The notes beneath the pieces are model-generated. The model searched no databases. It was not told where the DNA came from and saw only the letters and a list, made by a program, of their open reading frames with translations. DNA of 64,000 bases from an uncultured Methanosarcinales archaeon (lineage in GTDB: Archaea > Nanobdellota > Nanobdellia > Woesearchaeales > JABMPP01): NCBI GenBank assembly GCA_964604995.1, contig CAZSAD010000004.1, positions 1,800-65,799 on the forward strand. The letters run 5' to 3'. Both the position numbers and the translations under genes were made by a program. This document shows, piece after piece, positions 48,491 to 59,129 of this stretch; the stretch's first letter is position 1, and each line of letters opens with the position of its first letter.

Positions 48491-49096
48491 TTAAATTGTT
48501 TTAGCTTTACCAAGTTTTGTTTTGATAGCTTTATCACTAATTATTGCAGAATTGCCAGTGGGGTCTTCTATAATAAGTTTAAGCTTGTCTCTTCCCCACA
48601 TAACATTATTTAACTTTTTGATAAGATTTTTAGCTTTTCTTTTAGCATCTTCATCTTCTTCCATATCTCTTAAAGTCTCAACTTCATATCTAACTCTTTT
48701 AAGAACTCCTTCAATATTAGTAACATATCCTTGTGAAGCAGGACCTGGTGTAACTGTTGTTATATGTGGGATTTTAACAGTAGCTGCACTAGATTTTACA
48801 ACCCTAACTTTCATATCTTCTTCACTAGCAACCTCAAATTCAAATTTTGTTGGTTCTTTTGGTTCAACCGATTCCACATCTGCTTTGTGATACTTGCAAC
48901 TAGAACATGTCATTGAAAACAGATATATCTTTCCAAAATAAGGTGTTTGTGTTTCACTCTCCATTAAAGTTAATGTTTTTTCACGGCAAATAGGACATTC
49001 CTGACCTTCTAAAGTTGAAGCTTTCATTTCATTGCTTTCAGCTTTAACGGGATTATCGTCGTGTTCCTTTTTTTGATCTTTATTATCTAATTTCAT
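48491..49096 (-). CDS. ZPR1-type zinc-finger protein
   Basis: C4 zinc finger CPICREK…CSSCKY followed by a ZPR1-like beta domain. 201 aa. Confidence 0.55.
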   Translation of the reverse strand: MKLDNKDQKKEHDDNPVKAESNEMKASTLEGQECPICREKTLTLMESETQTPYFGKIYLFSMTCSSCKYHKADVESVEPKEPTKFEFEVASEEDMKVRVVKSSAATVKIPHITTVTPGPASQGYVTNIEGVLKRVRYEVETLRDMEEDEDAKRKAKNLIKKLNNVMWGRDKLKLIIEDPTGNSAIISDKAIKTKLGKAKTI

Positions 49097-49266
49097 ATAG
49101 GTTAATGTGTGATATGTATTTTTATGTTTTGTGGTAAATGAAAATATACATTTAGAACATTGTTATGTTAAAGAGTGCCATTAAAGAAAATTAAAAAAGC
49201 GAATTAATAAAAATTAAAAAAATTAAAATATAAAAATGAATAGAAGAAATAAAAATTAGAAAAAAA

Positions 49267-49716
49267 TTATTGAAGCTCTTCATCATCTTCAACTGCTGAA
49301 CTTGCAGATGAAGCTTTAGATCTATAGATTCTTGCAAAAGAAGGTGTAACAACAATATAATCATCACCAAAACCTGCAATATCTCCTTTAATAGCATCAC
49401 ATGTTTTTTTAAGTTTGTTAATGCTTCTTTTGAGTTCAACTAAATCTTTATCTTTTAATGGCTTGATATTGATAAGTGCAATAGTTGTACCTTCCCTTAA
49501 AGTATCTAAAATTTCTTTGATATCTGAAAAGTCTTCAAGTACATAGGGTCTAACTACGACCTTAGATTTGATATCTTCATTTTGCAAGCTATCTAATTCA
49601 ACATAGTCTTGCCCTTCTCCTTGTCTACCAATTGATTGATCAGAATCTGATTCAACACTAAACGTATCCCTTACCCATGAAAATAATTTTTTCATATAAA
49701 TTCCCTCCTCTTCCAC
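49267..49716 (-). CDS. sepF: Cell division protein SepF (DUF552)
   Basis: Core VVVRPYVLEDFSDIKEILDTLREGTTIALINIKPL…GDIAGFGDDYIVVTP matches SepF. The start is probably the internal Met of MKKLFSW. Confidence 0.6.
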   Translation of the reverse strand: MEEEGIYMKKLFSWVRDTFSVESDSDQSIGRQGEGQDYVELDSLQNEDIKSKVVVRPYVLEDFSDIKEILDTLREGTTIALINIKPLKDKDLVELKRSINKLKKTCDAIKGDIAGFGDDYIVVTPSFARIYRSKASSASSAVEDDEELQ

Positions 49717-49897
49717 GGAGCATACAAAATATGATATGTTTCTGAGTGTTATTTTAGTATATAAACTTTGTGTTTTTATTATATTGATGAAAAATCCTAA
49801 AAAAATATAGTAAATAAATGCATTAAATTAGATATTAAGTAAAATTGAAAAAATATAAAAAAAAGAAAAAAAGGATGCAATAGCACCCATGAATTAT

Positions 49898-50227
49898 TTA
49901 TGCATCTTTGCTAATTGCCCATACAGTCTTCAATGAGACTAAGAGTGCACCTGGTGCAACGAATGCAACGATGTTTCCTAGCACAGATTGAACTATACTG
50001 CCAAGTGAGCCAAATACTGTTATTCCAGCACTACCAACTACCATTAAGGCAATTGCTGATAGCAAATATGGTTGTGTTTCCTTGTCAGTTACATTTAAGA
50101 AACCAACAATTAATCCCAATACAACTAATAGCCATGTTACAATATAGCTACCTTGTAATTGTGGAACTAGGCCTGCTAATATGGCCAATACAATACCTAT
50201 AATAAATGCCCATTTACCGTATTCCAT
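49898..50227 (-). CDS. Small membrane protein (3-4 TM)
   Basis: 109-aa hydrophobic ORF. Confidence 0.35.
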   Translation of the reverse strand: MEYGKWAFIIGIVLAILAGLVPQLQGSYIVTWLLVVLGLIVGFLNVTDKETQPYLLSAIALMVVGSAGITVFGSLGSIVQSVLGNIVAFVAPGALLVSLKTVWAISKDA

Positions 50228-50394
50228 TTGTAGACACCTCCCACTAATAATTTAATATTTATTTATGAATTCTGAATAATAGTAATCGCTATTTAAAGAT
50301 TTCGCTAGTTAGTATGAAAATAATAATGAAACTTAAAATATTACATATGAAAATATATAAAAAATTTATCCAACAACATTTAACAATATATAAG

Positions 50395-51621
50395 TTACAT
50401 ATTATCCAATATAGAATGAGCATTTATAGAAGCTTCTTGTTTTGATAGTTCTTTCCAATTTATTCCTGCTCTTGTTTTGAATAGTGTTTTGTAAAAAACC
50501 TGTTCATTATTTGTTACTCTAGCAAATTTATCAGCATGAATAAGTCCATAAGGATATCCTAAAAATGTGGGATCAGTTGAATTTTGGAATAAAGAAGATA
50601 AAACATAATCAATTGCATTAGCAGATTCTTTGTTTATATCAAATCTGAATATATGTTCTGCTTTGTTGTGAAGCTTAATTGCAAATATTTGTGCTTTGTG
50701 ATTTTTAGACTTTGAACTAACTAAAAGTGCATAACAAGGATTGTTTTGTAATTTATTTGATTCTATTTTGTTTGAATCATTATTTGAATTATTGGTTAAA
50801 TCATCCAAAAGATGAGTGAATGCTTCAGATAAAGACAATCCATCTTTTGTTAGAAGTTTTGTCGTTTTTGCAACACTACAGATACTTACTTCTTTTTTTC
50901 TTGCAATCACATATAAATTTTCAAATGCTTCGAATTCAATATCATTCGTTGCTTTTAGTGTACCATCTAAAATCACAATATCCCCTTTACCTAATTTCGA
51001 AATAAGTTTAGATGCTAAGCTTACTTCAGATATTTTTCTAATAATATCTATTGTTTTGGATAAAAAATTTGTACTGGAATTAATATTTGAAATATCCTCT
51101 TCTTCGGATTCATCTTCGGATAAGTAATCACCTTCAATTGAACCATTCATCTTTTCCTTGTTTATTGTTTTATCGGTCTGTAAAATCCAAAAAGAAGAGG
51201 TGTTAATTAGCAAATTTCCATTTAAAGGGTAAATTTGAACTGTGAATCCCAATTTGTCATCTCTTTTACTTGTTTTAGATAAAACAAAAAATTCAGATTT
51301 TTCACTAAATATTTTCTTTCCTAAAAAAAACACTGCCCCATATATTCTAATAATATGTAAAGTGGCATTGGCTGAACTAAATATTTCAGCGTTTCCTCCA
51401 TCCACAAACAATTCTTTATGTGATTCTAATAAAATATCGTCATATTTTTTATTATTGTCATGTTCCTTAGAATTATATTTTTTATTAATGAGCTTTATTG
51501 AATTTTTAGAAACTTGAAATAAATCATATTTTCTTTTGTCAAGATCAATTATAAAAGAGTTATTGTGTTTAGGGGTATTTATTAATTCTTTAATTATTTT
51601 TGAAGCTGTGTTTTTATCCAT
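50395..51621 (-). CDS. NurA-like 5'-3' nuclease domain protein
   Basis: LFVDGGNAE (motif I Asp). GDIVILDGTL (motif II, DGsL). C-terminal FLGYPYGLIHADKFARV resembles the NurA C-terminal motif. Confidence 0.45.
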   Translation of the reverse strand: MDKNTASKIIKELINTPKHNNSFIIDLDKRKYDLFQVSKNSIKLINKKYNSKEHDNNKKYDDILLESHKELFVDGGNAEIFSSANATLHIIRIYGAVFFLGKKIFSEKSEFFVLSKTSKRDDKLGFTVQIYPLNGNLLINTSSFWILQTDKTINKEKMNGSIEGDYLSEDESEEEDISNINSSTNFLSKTIDIIRKISEVSLASKLISKLGKGDIVILDGTLKATNDIEFEAFENLYVIARKKEVSICSVAKTTKLLTKDGLSLSEAFTHLLDDLTNNSNNDSNKIESNKLQNNPCYALLVSSKSKNHKAQIFAIKLHNKAEHIFRFDINKESANAIDYVLSSLFQNSTDPTFLGYPYGLIHADKFARVTNNEQVFYKTLFKTRAGINWKELSKQEASINAHSILDNM

Positions 51622-51794
51622 TATTCATAAAATATTTTTCAAGTTTATTAAGCTAATCCCTGTAATTTTTACAGTATTTTTAATTTATAAAAAAACTAAA
51701 TATCATATCAAAAAGTATTAAAAAAACGTATAAATCGCAAAATTTTCGATACCAATTCACAATCTTTTTATAACTGCCTAGATTTTTTAGTTGA

Positions 51795-54014
51795 ATGTAT
51801 GAATTAATTGTAACTGAAAAACCAAAGTCATGCCAAAAAATCGCAGAAGCCCTTGCTGAGGGAAAAGTAGAAAAAAAGAGCGATAAAGGTGTGCCTTATT
51901 ATAGAATTAAAAGGAACGGCAAAGAGATTATGCTGGGTTGTTCTGTAGGTCATTTATTTACAATAGGCGAAAAAGAGAAAAAAGGATGGCGTTATCCTGT
52001 TTTTGATGTCGAATGGAAACCAATTCATGAAAGAGATAAAGCATCTAAATTTGCCAAAAAATATTTTGATGTTCTAAAAAAATTAAGCAAAGAAGCAGAT
52101 AAAATTACAATTGCTTGCGATTATGATATTGAAGGTGAAGTTATTGGTCTTAACATTTTAAAATATATCACTAAAAAGAAAGATGCAAAGAGAATGAAAT
52201 TCTCAACTTTAACAAAGCCAGATATTATAAAAGCATATGAAAATGCATCTCCAACAATAGATTGGGGATTAGCTGAAGCTGGCGAAACAAGGCATAAACT
52301 TGATTATTATTATGGAATAAATATCTCAAGAGCACTAACAAGTGCTGTAAAATCAATTGGTAGATTTCTAATTTTAAGTTCAGGTAGAGTCCAAGGACCA
52401 GCACTTAAAATAATTGTTGATAAAGAAAAAGAAATCAAAGCTTTCATACCTAAGCCTTATTGGCAAATTAAATTAATGGGTGAAATGAAAAAAGGGATAA
52501 TTGAATATTGGCATATTGAAGATAAATTCTTTGATAAAATTAAAGCAGAAAGTGTCATGTCAAAAATATCCATCGGGGATAAAGGCAAAGCAATTGAAGT
52601 TAACAGAAATGAATTCAAACAAGAAGCACCCAATCCATTTGATTTGACAACTCTTCAAACAGAATCTTACAGAACACATAGGATTTCTCCAAAAGAGACC
52701 CTTTCAGTTGCGCAGGATCTTTATATTTCTGGATTAATTTCATATCCAAGAACATCATCGCAACAATTACCTGAAAGTATTGAATATAAAAAAGTATTAA
52801 CTGATATTTCTAAACAAAGTTCATACAAAGAACTTTGTCAAAAGCTTTTGTCTAAATCAAGTTTAAAACCAAACAATGGGAAAAAATCCGATCCAGCACA
52901 TCCGGCAATTTATCCAACTGGACAAGCTACAAAACTTGATGGCAACAAAGCAAAAGTATATGATTTAATTGTTAGAAGATTCCTAGCAACATTTGGAGAT
53001 CCTGCAATTAGAGAGACAATGACTATTATAATTGAAGTTAAAGAAGAAAAATTCAATGCAAAAGGAACAAGAACAACTTTCGAAGGCTGGCACGTATTTT
53101 ATGGACCATATGTTGGTCTAACAGATGTTGAACTTCCAAAAGTTGAGAAGGGTGAAGATGTCAAAGTAAAAGATATTGAAATGCTCGAAGACCAAACAAA
53201 GCCTCCAAGAAGATATACTCCAGCATCAATTATTAGAGAACTTGAAAAAAGAAATCTTGGAACCAAAGCAACAAGAGCGCAAATTGTTGATACTTTATTT
53301 GATAGAGGATATGTCAAAGATACATCTATTGAAGCAACTGATTTGGGAATTAAAACAGTAGAAGTTCTTGAAAAGTATATTCCTGAAATTTTAGACGAAG
53401 AGATGACAAGACATTTTGAATCTGAAATGGATGAAATACAAGAGAGAAAGAAAAAAGAAAAAGAAGTATTATCAGAAGCTGAAGAAATTCTAACAAAAAT
53501 ATTAATACAATTCAAAAAGAAAGAGAAAAATGTCGGTGAAGGTTTAGCTGATGCTAATCTTGAAAGTCAAATTAAACAAAATACAGTTGGTAAATGCCCA
53601 GTTTGTAGTGAAGGCATACTTATGATGAGAAGAGGCAAATTTGGAAGATTTATTGCTTGTGATAAGTATCCTGATTGTAAAACAACATTTAAGCTTCCAA
53701 GTAATGGTCTTGTTAAAAATACAACTGATTTATGTCCTCATTGCCAACATCCAATGATTGCAATAATAAAAAAAGCCAAAAGACCACAAGAAGTTTGCAT
53801 AAATGTTGAATGTCCATCCAAAAAAACAACTGATAAAACTGAACTTAAAAAAATGCAAGATATTGAATCAGGTGAAATTGAACATAAATGCCCAAAATGT
53901 AAAGTTGGCAAATTAGTTTTAAGAAAATCAGTATATGGACAATTTTATGGATGTTCAGCATTTCCAAAATGTAGATATATTCAAAAAATAAATCAAGAAA
54001 GTAAAGATGATTAA
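51795..54014 (+). CDS. topA: DNA topoisomerase I (type IA) with C-terminal zinc ribbons
   Basis: N-terminal Toprim (LIVTEKP…CDYDIEGE). Catalytic Tyr region GLISYPRTSS. Three C-terminal CxxC…CxxC ribbons. Confidence 0.8.
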   Translation: MYELIVTEKPKSCQKIAEALAEGKVEKKSDKGVPYYRIKRNGKEIMLGCSVGHLFTIGEKEKKGWRYPVFDVEWKPIHERDKASKFAKKYFDVLKKLSKEADKITIACDYDIEGEVIGLNILKYITKKKDAKRMKFSTLTKPDIIKAYENASPTIDWGLAEAGETRHKLDYYYGINISRALTSAVKSIGRFLILSSGRVQGPALKIIVDKEKEIKAFIPKPYWQIKLMGEMKKGIIEYWHIEDKFFDKIKAESVMSKISIGDKGKAIEVNRNEFKQEAPNPFDLTTLQTESYRTHRISPKETLSVAQDLYISGLISYPRTSSQQLPESIEYKKVLTDISKQSSYKELCQKLLSKSSLKPNNGKKSDPAHPAIYPTGQATKLDGNKAKVYDLIVRRFLATFGDPAIRETMTIIIEVKEEKFNAKGTRTTFEGWHVFYGPYVGLTDVELPKVEKGEDVKVKDIEMLEDQTKPPRRYTPASIIRELEKRNLGTKATRAQIVDTLFDRGYVKDTSIEATDLGIKTVEVLEKYIPEILDEEMTRHFESEMDEIQERKKKEKEVLSEAEEILTKILIQFKKKEKNVGEGLADANLESQIKQNTVGKCPVCSEGILMMRRGKFGRFIACDKYPDCKTTFKLPSNGLVKNTTDLCPHCQHPMIAIIKKAKRPQEVCINVECPSKKTTDKTELKKMQDIESGEIEHKCPKCKVGKLVLRKSVYGQFYGCSAFPKCRYIQKINQESKDD

Positions 54015-54056
54015 ATAAGTTTCAAATATTATAATAACACAAATAAAAATACCAAA

Positions 54057-54725
54057 ATGAAAATAATCAATACTGAAAAAGAAGATTATCATTTACACTC
54101 ATCAAATTATTCTGACGGATTTAATACAGTTGAAGAAATTGTCCAATTTGCAGGAAAAATTGGAATGAAAAAAATTGTAATAACTGACCATTCTCAAGCA
54201 TCATTAGATGCACTTAATATAATTGGAAAATCTGGAAGATGGGCAGTTAAAAGATGGGAAAATGTTCACAATAAAGTTGATGTCTTATTTGGTGTTGAAG
54301 CTGATTTATTAAATATAAAAGGAGACATTTGTTCACATATCCAAAATATTGAAGGAGATTATATTATACTTTCGCATCATGATGATGTATTTATAGGAAC
54401 TCAAGAACAATTTACAGCAGGTTTTATTAGGGCAATTGAAAAGCATCATGATAAAATAAATGTTATTGGACATGTTTGCCTTTCTTTAGAGCCAAAATAT
54501 GCAAAAAAAGTAATTTTAAAAGCAAATGAATACAAAATACCATTGGAATTAAATTCACGCTATTTTTTAAAAGAGCCAGATAGGTGGATTGTACTTTTAG
54601 AAAATGCAGATAGAATTTTGATAAATAGTGATGCTCACGTTTTATGTGAAATAAAAGAGCTAAGAAAAAAAGCAAGAAAACTTCTTAAAACATCTAAGTT
54701 TAAAAAATATTTGAACAAAAAGTGA
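54057..54725 (+). CDS. PHP-domain phosphoesterase
   Basis: HLHSSNYSDG…IVITDHS PHP motifs. 222 aa. Confidence 0.5.
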   Translation: MKIINTEKEDYHLHSSNYSDGFNTVEEIVQFAGKIGMKKIVITDHSQASLDALNIIGKSGRWAVKRWENVHNKVDVLFGVEADLLNIKGDICSHIQNIEGDYIILSHHDDVFIGTQEQFTAGFIRAIEKHHDKINVIGHVCLSLEPKYAKKVILKANEYKIPLELNSRYFLKEPDRWIVLLENADRILINSDAHVLCEIKELRKKARKLLKTSKFKKYLNKK

Positions 54726-54770
54726 ATTGAAAAATATTTGAAATAAAAATATAATAATCCGATAAATAGA

Positions 54771-55190
54771 TTAAATCAATCCTAAACTCTTAAAATCTTG
54801 TTCCATTAAAGTAACATCCCCCATTTTTTTGTAATCTTTTGGATCAATCCAAATTAATTCAGTGTGTTCTCTATCTAACGTCACATTATTATCAATAGGC
54901 TCAAGAAGAAAAGTATGCACAATCCATTTAATTCCATAACCAATTATGTTAAATTCTTTTCCTTGTTTAATTATTTTACATTTAAGATTTGTTTCTTCCA
55001 CAACTTCTCTAAGTACTGCTTGTCTTGGTGTTTCTCCTTTTTCAATATTGCCACCTGTATTTTCCCAAAGTCCAGGATAATGTTTTTTGTCTAATGCCCT
55101 TTTCATAAGTAAAACTTTACTGCAATATAATACAACACCAACTGCAACATGTTTTATTTCTAGTTCATCTTTCATAAAGTTTAAGACCAA
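54771..55190 (-). CDS. NUDIX hydrolase
   Basis: Nudix box GGNIEKGETPRQAVLREVVEETNL. Confidence 0.65.
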   Translation of the reverse strand: MVLNFMKDELEIKHVAVGVVLYCSKVLLMKRALDKKHYPGLWENTGGNIEKGETPRQAVLREVVEETNLKCKIIKQGKEFNIIGYGIKWIVHTFLLEPIDNNVTLDREHTELIWIDPKDYKKMGDVTLMEQDFKSLGLI

Positions 55191-55254
55191 TAGATGAATA
55201 TAAAAATTTAATCAAACACAAAATTTATAACCTAATCTTTGAAACTTTAATATT

Positions 55255-55527
55255 ATGGTAGACTTAACTGATTGTCAAAGCTGCGGAATGCCAATGAGCA
55301 TCGGCTTTCTTGGAACAAATGAGAATGGAACAAAGAATAAAGAATATTGTGAATACTGCTTCAAAAAAGGTAAATTCACTGAACCTGATATCACAATGAA
55401 TGATATGATAAAAAAATCAGCAAACCATATCACTTCTTCACTTAGAATTCCAAGAGATAAAGCAGAAGAAACAGCAAAAGCTTCAATTATAAAACTTAAA
55501 AGATGGAAGCAAGTGGCAAAAGAATAA
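55255..55527 (+). CDS. Putative zinc-ribbon domain protein
   Basis: CQSCGMPM…YCEYCF arrangement. 90 aa. Confidence 0.4.
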   Translation: MVDLTDCQSCGMPMSIGFLGTNENGTKNKEYCEYCFKKGKFTEPDITMNDMIKKSANHITSSLRIPRDKAEETAKASIIKLKRWKQVAKE

Positions 55528-55602
55528 AAAACTAAAATAAAAAGTAGAAATTATAAAAATATTAAAAAATAAATTAAGATTTATTTAATTTTCTTTATTT
55601 TT

Positions 55603-58600
55603 CTAAGAGCATCCTTGGCTTGTACCGCAGTTTAAGCATTTATAGCAACTGCCATTTCTTATAGTGATATGCCCACATTCTGAACATGGTGGTGCATCTC
55701 CCATCATCTCACTTAATTGCTTATCCATAAGATTTGTTGTTGCATTGCTTTCAACTCTTTCAGCTGCACCTTGTTCAAATGCACCAAGTGGCTGTTGTAC
55801 TGAACTATCTTGTGGAACAACGTGTGAATTATCATGTCCATTTAATCCACCATTTCCATTTAACCCGCTTATTTCAATTGGTGTTGGATCAACTGGTTTT
55901 ACATGAACAAAATCTGTCCTGCCAAGATATTTCATTCCAAGATATCTAAATACAAAATCTACAACAGATGTGCATGTTCTGATATTTGGATGATTAGTCA
56001 TGCCATTTGGTTCAAATCTTGTGAAGGTAAAGGTATCAACATATTTTTGTAATGGTACACCGTGTTGCAAACCAATTGAAACTGCAATTGCAAAGCAATT
56101 CATCATGCTTCTAAATGCAGCTCCTTCTTTGTGCATATCAATAAAAATTTCACCAAGCACGCCTTCAGAATATTCCCCAGTTCTAACGAATACTTTGTGA
56201 CCACCGATTCTGCTTTCAACAGTTATACCCTTTCTTTCTTGAGGTAAAGGTTTTCTTGTGCCTCTTGGAAACAAATCAATTGGTCTTTCTACAACAGCAA
56301 TTGGTTTTTCTAGTTTTTTATCGCCTACTGCAACAGCTGTAATTTTACTATCAGACTTTGTATCTTCTTTACTATCAGATGTTGTGTTTAATGGTTGTGA
56401 AGATTTACATCCGTCTCTGTAAAGAGCAATTGCTTTAAGTCCCATTTTCCATCCTTCAACATAAATATTTTTGATGTCGTCTACTGTTGCATTGTTTGGC
56501 AAATTAACTGTTTTCGAAATTGCACCAGAAATAAATGGTTGTACTGCTGCCATCATTTTTACATGACCCATTGGATCAATAAATCTAACACCCATCCCAC
56601 ATTTGTTTGCACAATCAAAAATTGCAATGTGTTCATCTTTTAGATGTGGCGCGCTTTCCATCATCTGTGAACCTGTAATGTAAACCATAGCTTCTTGAAT
56701 TTGTTTTGAACTAAGACCTTTTTTCTTAAGATCTTTAGGATTTACATTTGGAGTCCAATCATCCCATCCTTTAGTATTTTGTATATAATCATTAGCTGCT
56801 TGGATTTCATCTTTAGTATAACCAAGTTTTAGTAGTGCTTCCAAATTTACATGTGGTGCACCTTCTAATGAGCCTCTTCCTAAAATATATGTAATCATGT
56901 CAAGCATTTCATCTTCAGTATAACCTAATTTTTGAAGTGCTCTTGGAATTGATTGGTTTATAATTTTAAAATAACCACCACCTGCTAATTTTTTCCATTT
57001 TACAATTGAAAAATCAGGTTCAATTCCAGTTGTATCACAATCCATCAATAATCCAATTGTTCCTGTTGGAGCAAGAACTGTTGTTTGTGCATTTCTGTAT
57101 CCAAATTTTTCACCATTAGAAACTGCATTATCCCAACTTTCTCTTGCTGCTTCAAGTAAATATGATGGACAAGTTTTTACATCAATTTTGTATGCTGCAT
57201 CTCTATGCTTATTCATTACGCGAAGCATTGATTCTCTGTTTTTTGCATAATCTTCAAATGGTCCAAGAGTAGATGCTAATTCTGCTGATGTTTTATAGGC
57301 TTGACCAGTCATTATTGCAGTAATTGCTGCAGCAATTGATCTTCCTTTTTCACTGTCATATGGAACTCCTGAAACCATTAAAAGTGTTCCAAGATTTGCA
57401 TAGCCCAATCCCAATGTTCTATAGACATGACTATTTTTTGCAATTGATTCAGTTGGATATGATGCTAAATCAACTGCAATTTCTTGTGCTATTATAAACA
57501 ATTTAGCTGCATGTTTAAATCCTTCAACATCAAAATTACCATCTTGATCAAGTAATTTAACAAGATTGATTGATGCAAGATTACATGCAGTATCATCTAA
57601 AAACATGTATTCTGAACAAGGATTTGATGCATTTATTCTATTAGTATTACTACATGTATGCCAATCATTAATTATTGTATCAAACTGAACTCCAGGATCA
57701 GCGCATTCCCATGCTGCTTGAGCAATTTGTTGCATTAAATCTCTTGATTCAAATTCACCAACAATTTCTCCTGATATTCTTGATTTAGTATACCATTTTT
57801 TACCATTCAGATAAGAATTCATAAATTCATCACTTATTCTAACAGAATTGTTAGAATTTTGACCTCCAACTGTTTTGTAAGCTTCACCATTAAAATCAGA
57901 AGGAAATCCAGCTGCAATGAGAATTTTAGCTTTCTTTTCTTCTTTGGCTTTCCAACCAATAAATTCAGAAATTTCTGGATGATCCATATCTAAGCAAACC
58001 ATTTTTGCTGCTCTTCTTGTTGTACCACCAGATTTTGTTGCTCCAGCTCCTCTATCAAAAACTTCAAGGAAAGACATTAATCCAGATGATGTTCCGCCAC
58101 CAGATAACTTTTCAAATTTACTTCTAACTTTTGAAAAATTAGTTCCTGTTCCAGATCCAAATTTGAAAAGTCTTGCTTCATTTTTTACAAGTTCAAAAAT
58201 TGACATCAAATCATCATTGATACTTTGTATAAAACAAGCTGAACATTGTGGATGTGAATAAGAATCTTCAGCTTTTTCCACTGAATTAGTTTTGTAATCA
58301 AAATAATAATTTCCACCACTGCCTTTTATACCATACTGATGATACAAGCCAACATTAAACCACACTGGAGAATTAAAAGCGCCAATTTGATTGATTAGAA
58401 TGTGTAAAAGTTCAGCTTCGAAAGCATCCGCATCTTCTTTTGTTATAAAATAATTATGTTCTTCTCCAAAAGTTCTAAGTGTATGCACTATTCTATAAAC
58501 AACTTGTTTAGCACTAGTCTCGTGTCCTTTTCCAGGTACACCTGCTTTTCTAAAATATTTAGAAACCAAAATATCAGTAGCTAATTGACTCCATGTTTTT

Positions 58601-58770
58601 GGAACTTCAACATCTCGCATTTCAAAAACTACTTTTCCGCCTGGCTCAGTAATAGCTGAATTTCTTTTATCATATTCCACTAAAGTTAATGGGTCTTTTC
58701 CAGTCGTTGTAAATTTTCTTTTAACTTGCATCCCTGTTTTGGACTTCTTGTTCAGAAGCTTAGCTTCCAT
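55603..58770 (-). CDS. nrdJ: Adenosylcobalamin-dependent (class II) ribonucleotide reductase with C-terminal Zn-ribbon extension
   Basis: SNPCSEYMF thiyl-radical loop, KTVNLP, YRDGC. C-terminal CSECGH…CYKCLNCG. No ATP cone. 1055 aa. Confidence 0.85.
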   Translation of the reverse strand: MEAKLLNKKSKTGMQVKRKFTTTGKDPLTLVEYDKRNSAITEPGGKVVFEMRDVEVPKTWSQLATDILVSKYFRKAGVPGKGHETSAKQVVYRIVHTLRTFGEEHNYFITKEDADAFEAELLHILINQIGAFNSPVWFNVGLYHQYGIKGSGGNYYFDYKTNSVEKAEDSYSHPQCSACFIQSINDDLMSIFELVKNEARLFKFGSGTGTNFSKVRSKFEKLSGGGTSSGLMSFLEVFDRGAGATKSGGTTRRAAKMVCLDMDHPEISEFIGWKAKEEKKAKILIAAGFPSDFNGEAYKTVGGQNSNNSVRISDEFMNSYLNGKKWYTKSRISGEIVGEFESRDLMQQIAQAAWECADPGVQFDTIINDWHTCSNTNRINASNPCSEYMFLDDTACNLASINLVKLLDQDGNFDVEGFKHAAKLFIIAQEIAVDLASYPTESIAKNSHVYRTLGLGYANLGTLLMVSGVPYDSEKGRSIAAAITAIMTGQAYKTSAELASTLGPFEDYAKNRESMLRVMNKHRDAAYKIDVKTCPSYLLEAARESWDNAVSNGEKFGYRNAQTTVLAPTGTIGLLMDCDTTGIEPDFSIVKWKKLAGGGYFKIINQSIPRALQKLGYTEDEMLDMITYILGRGSLEGAPHVNLEALLKLGYTKDEIQAANDYIQNTKGWDDWTPNVNPKDLKKKGLSSKQIQEAMVYITGSQMMESAPHLKDEHIAIFDCANKCGMGVRFIDPMGHVKMMAAVQPFISGAISKTVNLPNNATVDDIKNIYVEGWKMGLKAIALYRDGCKSSQPLNTTSDSKEDTKSDSKITAVAVGDKKLEKPIAVVERPIDLFPRGTRKPLPQERKGITVESRIGGHKVFVRTGEYSEGVLGEIFIDMHKEGAAFRSMMNCFAIAVSIGLQHGVPLQKYVDTFTFTRFEPNGMTNHPNIRTCTSVVDFVFRYLGMKYLGRTDFVHVKPVDPTPIEISGLNGNGGLNGHDNSHVVPQDSSVQQPLGAFEQGAAERVESNATTNLMDKQLSEMMGDAPPCSECGHITIRNGSCYKCLNCGTSQGCS

Positions 58771-59081
58771 CTGCTCACCCCGAATTTCAATCAGCTTTTT
58801 TTAATCAGCTACTTTTTCCATTTTTTGTAAATGTGATTGAACTGCCACTAACAATTAAATGTCAGAAAAATTGTTGTTAAAATGATTTTTTATTAAATAT
58901 TATTAAGATTTTATTAAATATTTGAATATTTATCAAAAAAATCAAATTATTATTCAATTTTTATAACAAATTTTTGTTACAGAAGTACAAAATTCCCTAC
59001 AGGCATAGAGTATTAAATAACAATTTGATTAAAATTCCCTATTTTCCCTGAAAACTCTGACTTTTGTCATTGTGTGATAAC

Positions 59082-59129
59082 ACACAACATATAGTGGCTC
59101 AAATGCACCATACACACAATATCTTGTGT
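59082..59129. promoter_or_regulatory. Two 16-bp imperfect palindromes resembling bacterial NrdR boxes, 32 bp apart, in the nrdJ-trx divergent spacer
   Basis: ACACAACATATAGTGG at 59082-59097 and ACACAATATCTTGTGT at 59114-59129. Compared against my recollection of the NrdR-box consensus acaCwAtATaTwGtgt they score 14/16 and 15/16. Start-to-start spacing is 32 bp. Confidence 0.3.

Noticed and set aside
53099-53515. 138-aa minus-strand ORF and other antisense ORFs from the track (e.g. 1472-1696, 6164-6541, 9883-10161, 11513-11923, 40894-41295, 63141-63623) embedded in well-supported genes.
   Set aside because: They lie entirely antisense within strongly supported CDSs. Their low-complexity Ser/Leu/Phe-rich translations are typical of AT-rich antisense frames. 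No motifs recognised.
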